The notes below the pieces were generated by a model. It did no database searches, had not been told where the DNA came from, and was given only the letters and a program-made list of their open reading frames with translations. From an uncultured Chloroflexia bacterium (GTDB lineage Bacteria; Chloroflexota; Limnocylindria; Limnocylindrales; CSP1-4), in the NCBI GenBank assembly GCA_963731865.1, contig CAVSXG010000001.1, forward strand, positions 56,032 to 120,031: a stretch of DNA of 64,000 nucleotides, read 5' to 3'. Each line of letters starts with the position of its first letter. Within the stretch, counting starts at the first letter, position 1. Below are positions 60,994-64,000 of the stretch, one piece after another. The position numbers were made by a program, and so were the translations under genes.

Positions 60994-62099
60994 CAGCCGT
61001 TCGTGCCGCGGTCCTGCGGTCGTCGGGGGCGCCGGCCGCGATCGAGGAGCTCGTCCTTGCCGAGCCGCGGGCCGGGGAGGTCCGCGTCCGGATCCAGGCT
61101 TCGGGCGTCTGCCATTCCGATCTGCACGTCCGCGACGGCGACTGGCCGCGGCCATACCCGCTCGCCATGGGCCACGAGGGCGCCGGCGTAGTCGAGGCCG
61201 TCGGTCCGGGCGTCCGGTCGCTTGCCGTTGGGCAACCGGTCGCGTTGTCCTGGCTCGTTCCGTGCGGGACGTGCCGATCGTGCCGCGCCGGCCGGGTATG
61301 GGCGTGTCTCGACTCCCCGTCGTTCCGCCACCGGATGCCCGATGGTGCAACGGTCCTCACCGGCGACGACGGCTCGGCCGTCCTGTCCTACTGCGGGATC
61401 GGGACGATGGCCGAGGCGACGGTCGTCCCCGAAGCGGCCGCGATCGCGTTGCCCGATGGCGTAGATCCGGCCGTGGCCGCGCTCATCGGGTGCTGCGTGA
61501 CGACCGGCGTTGGCGCCGTGCTCAAGACTGCGGCCGTCCCGGCGGGCTCGAGCGTCGCCGTGATCGGGCTCGGTGGTGTCGGCATGTCGTGCGTCATGGG
61601 GGCCACGATCGCCGGCGCGTCGCGGATCGTCGCGCTCGATCGCGTGTCCGCCAAGCTCGACGCGGCCATCGCCGTCGGTGCAACGGACGGATTGCTCTCG
61701 GGCGATGACCGGGCCACGACGATCGCCGCGCTCAACGAGTTGACCGACGGCGGTCCCGACTACGTGTTCGAGGCGATCGGCCGCGTCGACACCGTCGAGC
61801 TCGCGATCGAGGCGCTGCCGCTCGGGGGCACCGCGGTGCTGGTCGGGCTCACGCCATTCGAGTCGCGGGCGTCGTTTGGTGTCTACCCGCTCGTCGACGG
61901 CAGCCGTCGCATCCTCGGCTCCAACTACGGGTTCGCCGATCCGTCGAGCGACTTCCCGAAGTACGCCGCCCTGCATCTCGCCGGCCAGCTGCCGGCCGAT
62001 CGCCTGATCGACCGCCGGATCGGGCTCGACGACCTCGAGGGCGCGTTCGACCGGCTCCGTGCCGGCCAGGGCCTCCGCCAGGTCGTGGTGTTCGACTAG
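60990..62099 (+). CDS. Zn-dependent alcohol dehydrogenase (class III-like)
   Basis: GVCHSD, GHEGAG, CGTCRSC, GCCVTTGVGA, GLGGVG. Confidence 0.92.
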   Translation: MTAVRAAVLRSSGAPAAIEELVLAEPRAGEVRVRIQASGVCHSDLHVRDGDWPRPYPLAMGHEGAGVVEAVGPGVRSLAVGQPVALSWLVPCGTCRSCRAGRVWACLDSPSFRHRMPDGATVLTGDDGSAVLSYCGIGTMAEATVVPEAAAIALPDGVDPAVAALIGCCVTTGVGAVLKTAAVPAGSSVAVIGLGGVGMSCVMGATIAGASRIVALDRVSAKLDAAIAVGATDGLLSGDDRATTIAALNELTDGGPDYVFEAIGRVDTVELAIEALPLGGTAVLVGLTPFESRASFGVYPLVDGSRRILGSNYGFADPSSDFPKYAALHLAGQLPADRLIDRRIGLDDLEGAFDRLRAGQGLRQVVVFD

Positions 62100-63502
62100 T
62101 CGCGGGCGCTCGAACCGGCCACCGGGGCCGGAACCGCGTCCGGGTCGAGTGGCGCGAGGACCGGGGGTTCCGGCTCCTCGATCGGCGGCAGCAGCGTCGT
62201 CCCGGTGATGAGCCGCGTGCCGCGGCCGTGGGTGAGGAAGCTGAACGCCCAGCGGACCAACACCACGATCCGGTTGTGGAAGCCGATCAGGTAGAGGATG
62301 TGGATCCCCAGCCACAGCGACCAGGCGATGAACCCAGCCTGGCGCCCGAATGGCCCGAGCCAGCCGATGTTGGTGACACCCGCCAGCCGGCCGATCACGG
62401 CCACGTCGCCCTTGTCTCGATACTCGAAGGGTTTGGTCGGTCGACCGAGAATGCGCCGCCGAATGGTCTTGGCCGCATAGGTGCCCGACTGGATCGCGCC
62501 CTGGGCGACGCCAGGCACGGGTTTGCCTTCCTTCCACGGCTGCACCGCGGCATCGCCGACGACGAAGATCTCGGGATGCCCCGGCACGGTCAGGTCTGGG
62601 CCGACGATCACGCGACCAGCTCGATCGGTCTCGGCGCCGAGCGCCTTGGCGACGACGCGGGCAAAGCTCGAGGCCTGCACCCCGGCCGCCCACAGGACCG
62701 TCCTGGCCGGGATCGTCTGCTCGGTGCCGTCGGACAGGGTGACGCGAACCGCTCGGTCGTCGATGTGGACCACTCGCGTCCCCGTCCGCACCTCCACGCC
62801 GAGTCGCTCGAGCTGTTGCTGGGCGGACCGCGATCGGTCGGGCGGATAAGGCGGCAGGATCCGGTCCATCGCCTCGACCAGGATGATCTGCGCCTCGCCT
62901 GGCCGGATCGCCCGGAAGTCGCGCCGCAGCGTGTCGTGTGCGATCTCGCCGAGGGCGCCTGCCAGCTCCACGCCCGTCGGACCGCCGCCGACCACGACGA
63001 ACGTCATCCACTCTCGCCGTCGATCGGCATCGGCCTCGCGTTCGGCGGCCTCGAAGGCGATCAGGATGCGGCGCCGGATCTCGGTCGCGTCCTCGATCGT
63101 CTTGAGACCGGGCGCCAGTGACGCCCAGTCGGGGTGATCGAAATACGAGTGGTGGGCGCCGGTGGCCACGATCAGGGTGTCGTATGCGATCGGGCCGCCG
63201 TCGGCGATGAGGATCTCGCGACGCTCCGGGTCGAGCCCAACGGCCTGACCGAGGATCACCGTCGTGTTGCGTTGTTTTCGCAGCACCGAGCGCAGCGGCT
63301 GGGCGATGTCGCCTGGTGACAGGGCGCCGGTGGCAACCTGGTAGAGCAACGGCTGGAACAGGTGGAAGTTACGCCGGTCCACGAGCGTGAGGCGGACCTC
63401 GGGATCGATCCCGAGGTTGCGCGCCGCATAGAGCCCCGCGAACCCGCCACCGACGACGGTCACCCGATGGGGTTGGGGCGGTGCGTGGACATCACTGGTC
63501 AC
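62096..63502 (-). CDS. ndh: Type II NADH dehydrogenase
   Basis: VVGGGFAG, FQPLLYQVATG, GGGPTGVELAG, FVVGD, VAQGAIQ; TAGAAT-N7-GTG. Confidence 0.93.
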   Translation of the reverse strand: MTSDVHAPPQPHRVTVVGGGFAGLYAARNLGIDPEVRLTLVDRRNFHLFQPLLYQVATGALSPGDIAQPLRSVLRKQRNTTVILGQAVGLDPERREILIADGGPIAYDTLIVATGAHHSYFDHPDWASLAPGLKTIEDATEIRRRILIAFEAAEREADADRRREWMTFVVVGGGPTGVELAGALGEIAHDTLRRDFRAIRPGEAQIILVEAMDRILPPYPPDRSRSAQQQLERLGVEVRTGTRVVHIDDRAVRVTLSDGTEQTIPARTVLWAAGVQASSFARVVAKALGAETDRAGRVIVGPDLTVPGHPEIFVVGDAAVQPWKEGKPVPGVAQGAIQSGTYAAKTIRRRILGRPTKPFEYRDKGDVAVIGRLAGVTNIGWLGPFGRQAGFIAWSLWLGIHILYLIGFHNRIVVLVRWAFSFLTHGRGTRLITGTTLLPPIEEPEPPVLAPLDPDAVPAPVAGSSARD

Positions 63503-64000
63503 GCCCCTGATTCTAGCGAGGCCTCGGGCGGGACGGGCTCAACGGGCGGTCGACGATCGATCGTGTGCTGAACCAGCTCAGGGAACAACCGGGCCACGAC
63601 CACCACTCCGAGCAGGCACAGGATCCCGCCCGACACGACCGCCGCCTGTGGGCCGACCAGTGTCGCTACCGCCGCCGCCTCCATGTCCCCGATCCGGGGC
63701 CCGCTCGTCACCACCAGGCCGTGGATGGACATGACGCGGCCACGCAGGCCGTCTGGCGTCTCGAGCTGGACGAGCGTCGAGCGAAACACGGCCGAGAACA
63801 CGTCGGCGGTACCGGCCAACGCCAGGAACACCCAGGCAAGCGGGAACGAGAACGTCAGCAGCCCGAAGGCAGTGATCGCGAGCCCCCAGCCGACGACGGC
63901 CAGCACGATCGCCCGACCGACGCGGTGGACCGAGGAGACCCAGCCGGAGAGCAATGCGCCAAGGAACGACCCGACCGCCGGCGCCGCGGCGAGGAGACCA
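63499..64000 (-). CDS. MFS transporter (EntS-like), 5' part outside the window
   Basis: VQLETPDGLRGRV, GPRIGD...A, SGGILC. Confidence 0.88.
   Translation of the reverse strand, partial: GLLAAAPAVGSFLGALLSGWVSSVHRVGRAIVLAVVGWGLAITAFGLLTFSFPLAWVFLALAGTADVFSAVFRSTLVQLETPDGLRGRVMSIHGLVVTSGPRIGDMEAAAVATLVGPQAAVVSGGILCLLGVVVVARLFPELVQHTIDRRPPVEPVPPEASLESGA

Noticed and set aside
1-64000. More than 20 frameshifted genes read as pseudogenisation or programmed frameshifting
   Set aside because: The shifts hit housekeeping genes (glpK, Na+/H+ antiporter, MetE-like), often compensate within a gene, show no in-frame nonsense decay and no slippery-site pattern. They are most consistent with long-read or assembly indels.
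1-64000. tRNA, rRNA, tmRNA, RNase P, prophage or IS elements
   Set aside because: No diagnostic motifs or genes seen.

Overview
High-GC chromosomal window with about 65 genes, no rRNA/tRNA/CRISPR and no integrase or transposase. Gene content and signal-peptide style suggest an uncultured Chloroflexota such as Limnocylindria, or an actinobacterium-like organism (inference only). At least 20 genes are split by single-base indels, most likely long-read or assembly errors, so I rejoined many CDS across frames. The left half (5.7-34.4 kb) is accessory-rich: nine complete toxin-antitoxin (TA) pairs plus an orphan HicB-like ORF, four class III nucleotide cyclases (each directly next to a TA pair), an MspJI-like 5mC-dependent restriction endonuclease beside a canonical-type PARG-like gene, an AadA-like nucleotidyltransferase and large secreted peptidases. 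The right half is mostly metabolic, stress and envelope genes. It also holds the best candidate for a new system: a ComQ-like isoprenyl-diphosphate-synthase-fold enzyme (52574-53560) followed by an NHLP/Os1348-like leader peptide ending in Trp (53609-53890), a putative prenylated RiPP or pheromone, upstream of a two-component system. Many genes appear leaderless, with a -10 box 6-8 nt before the start codon.
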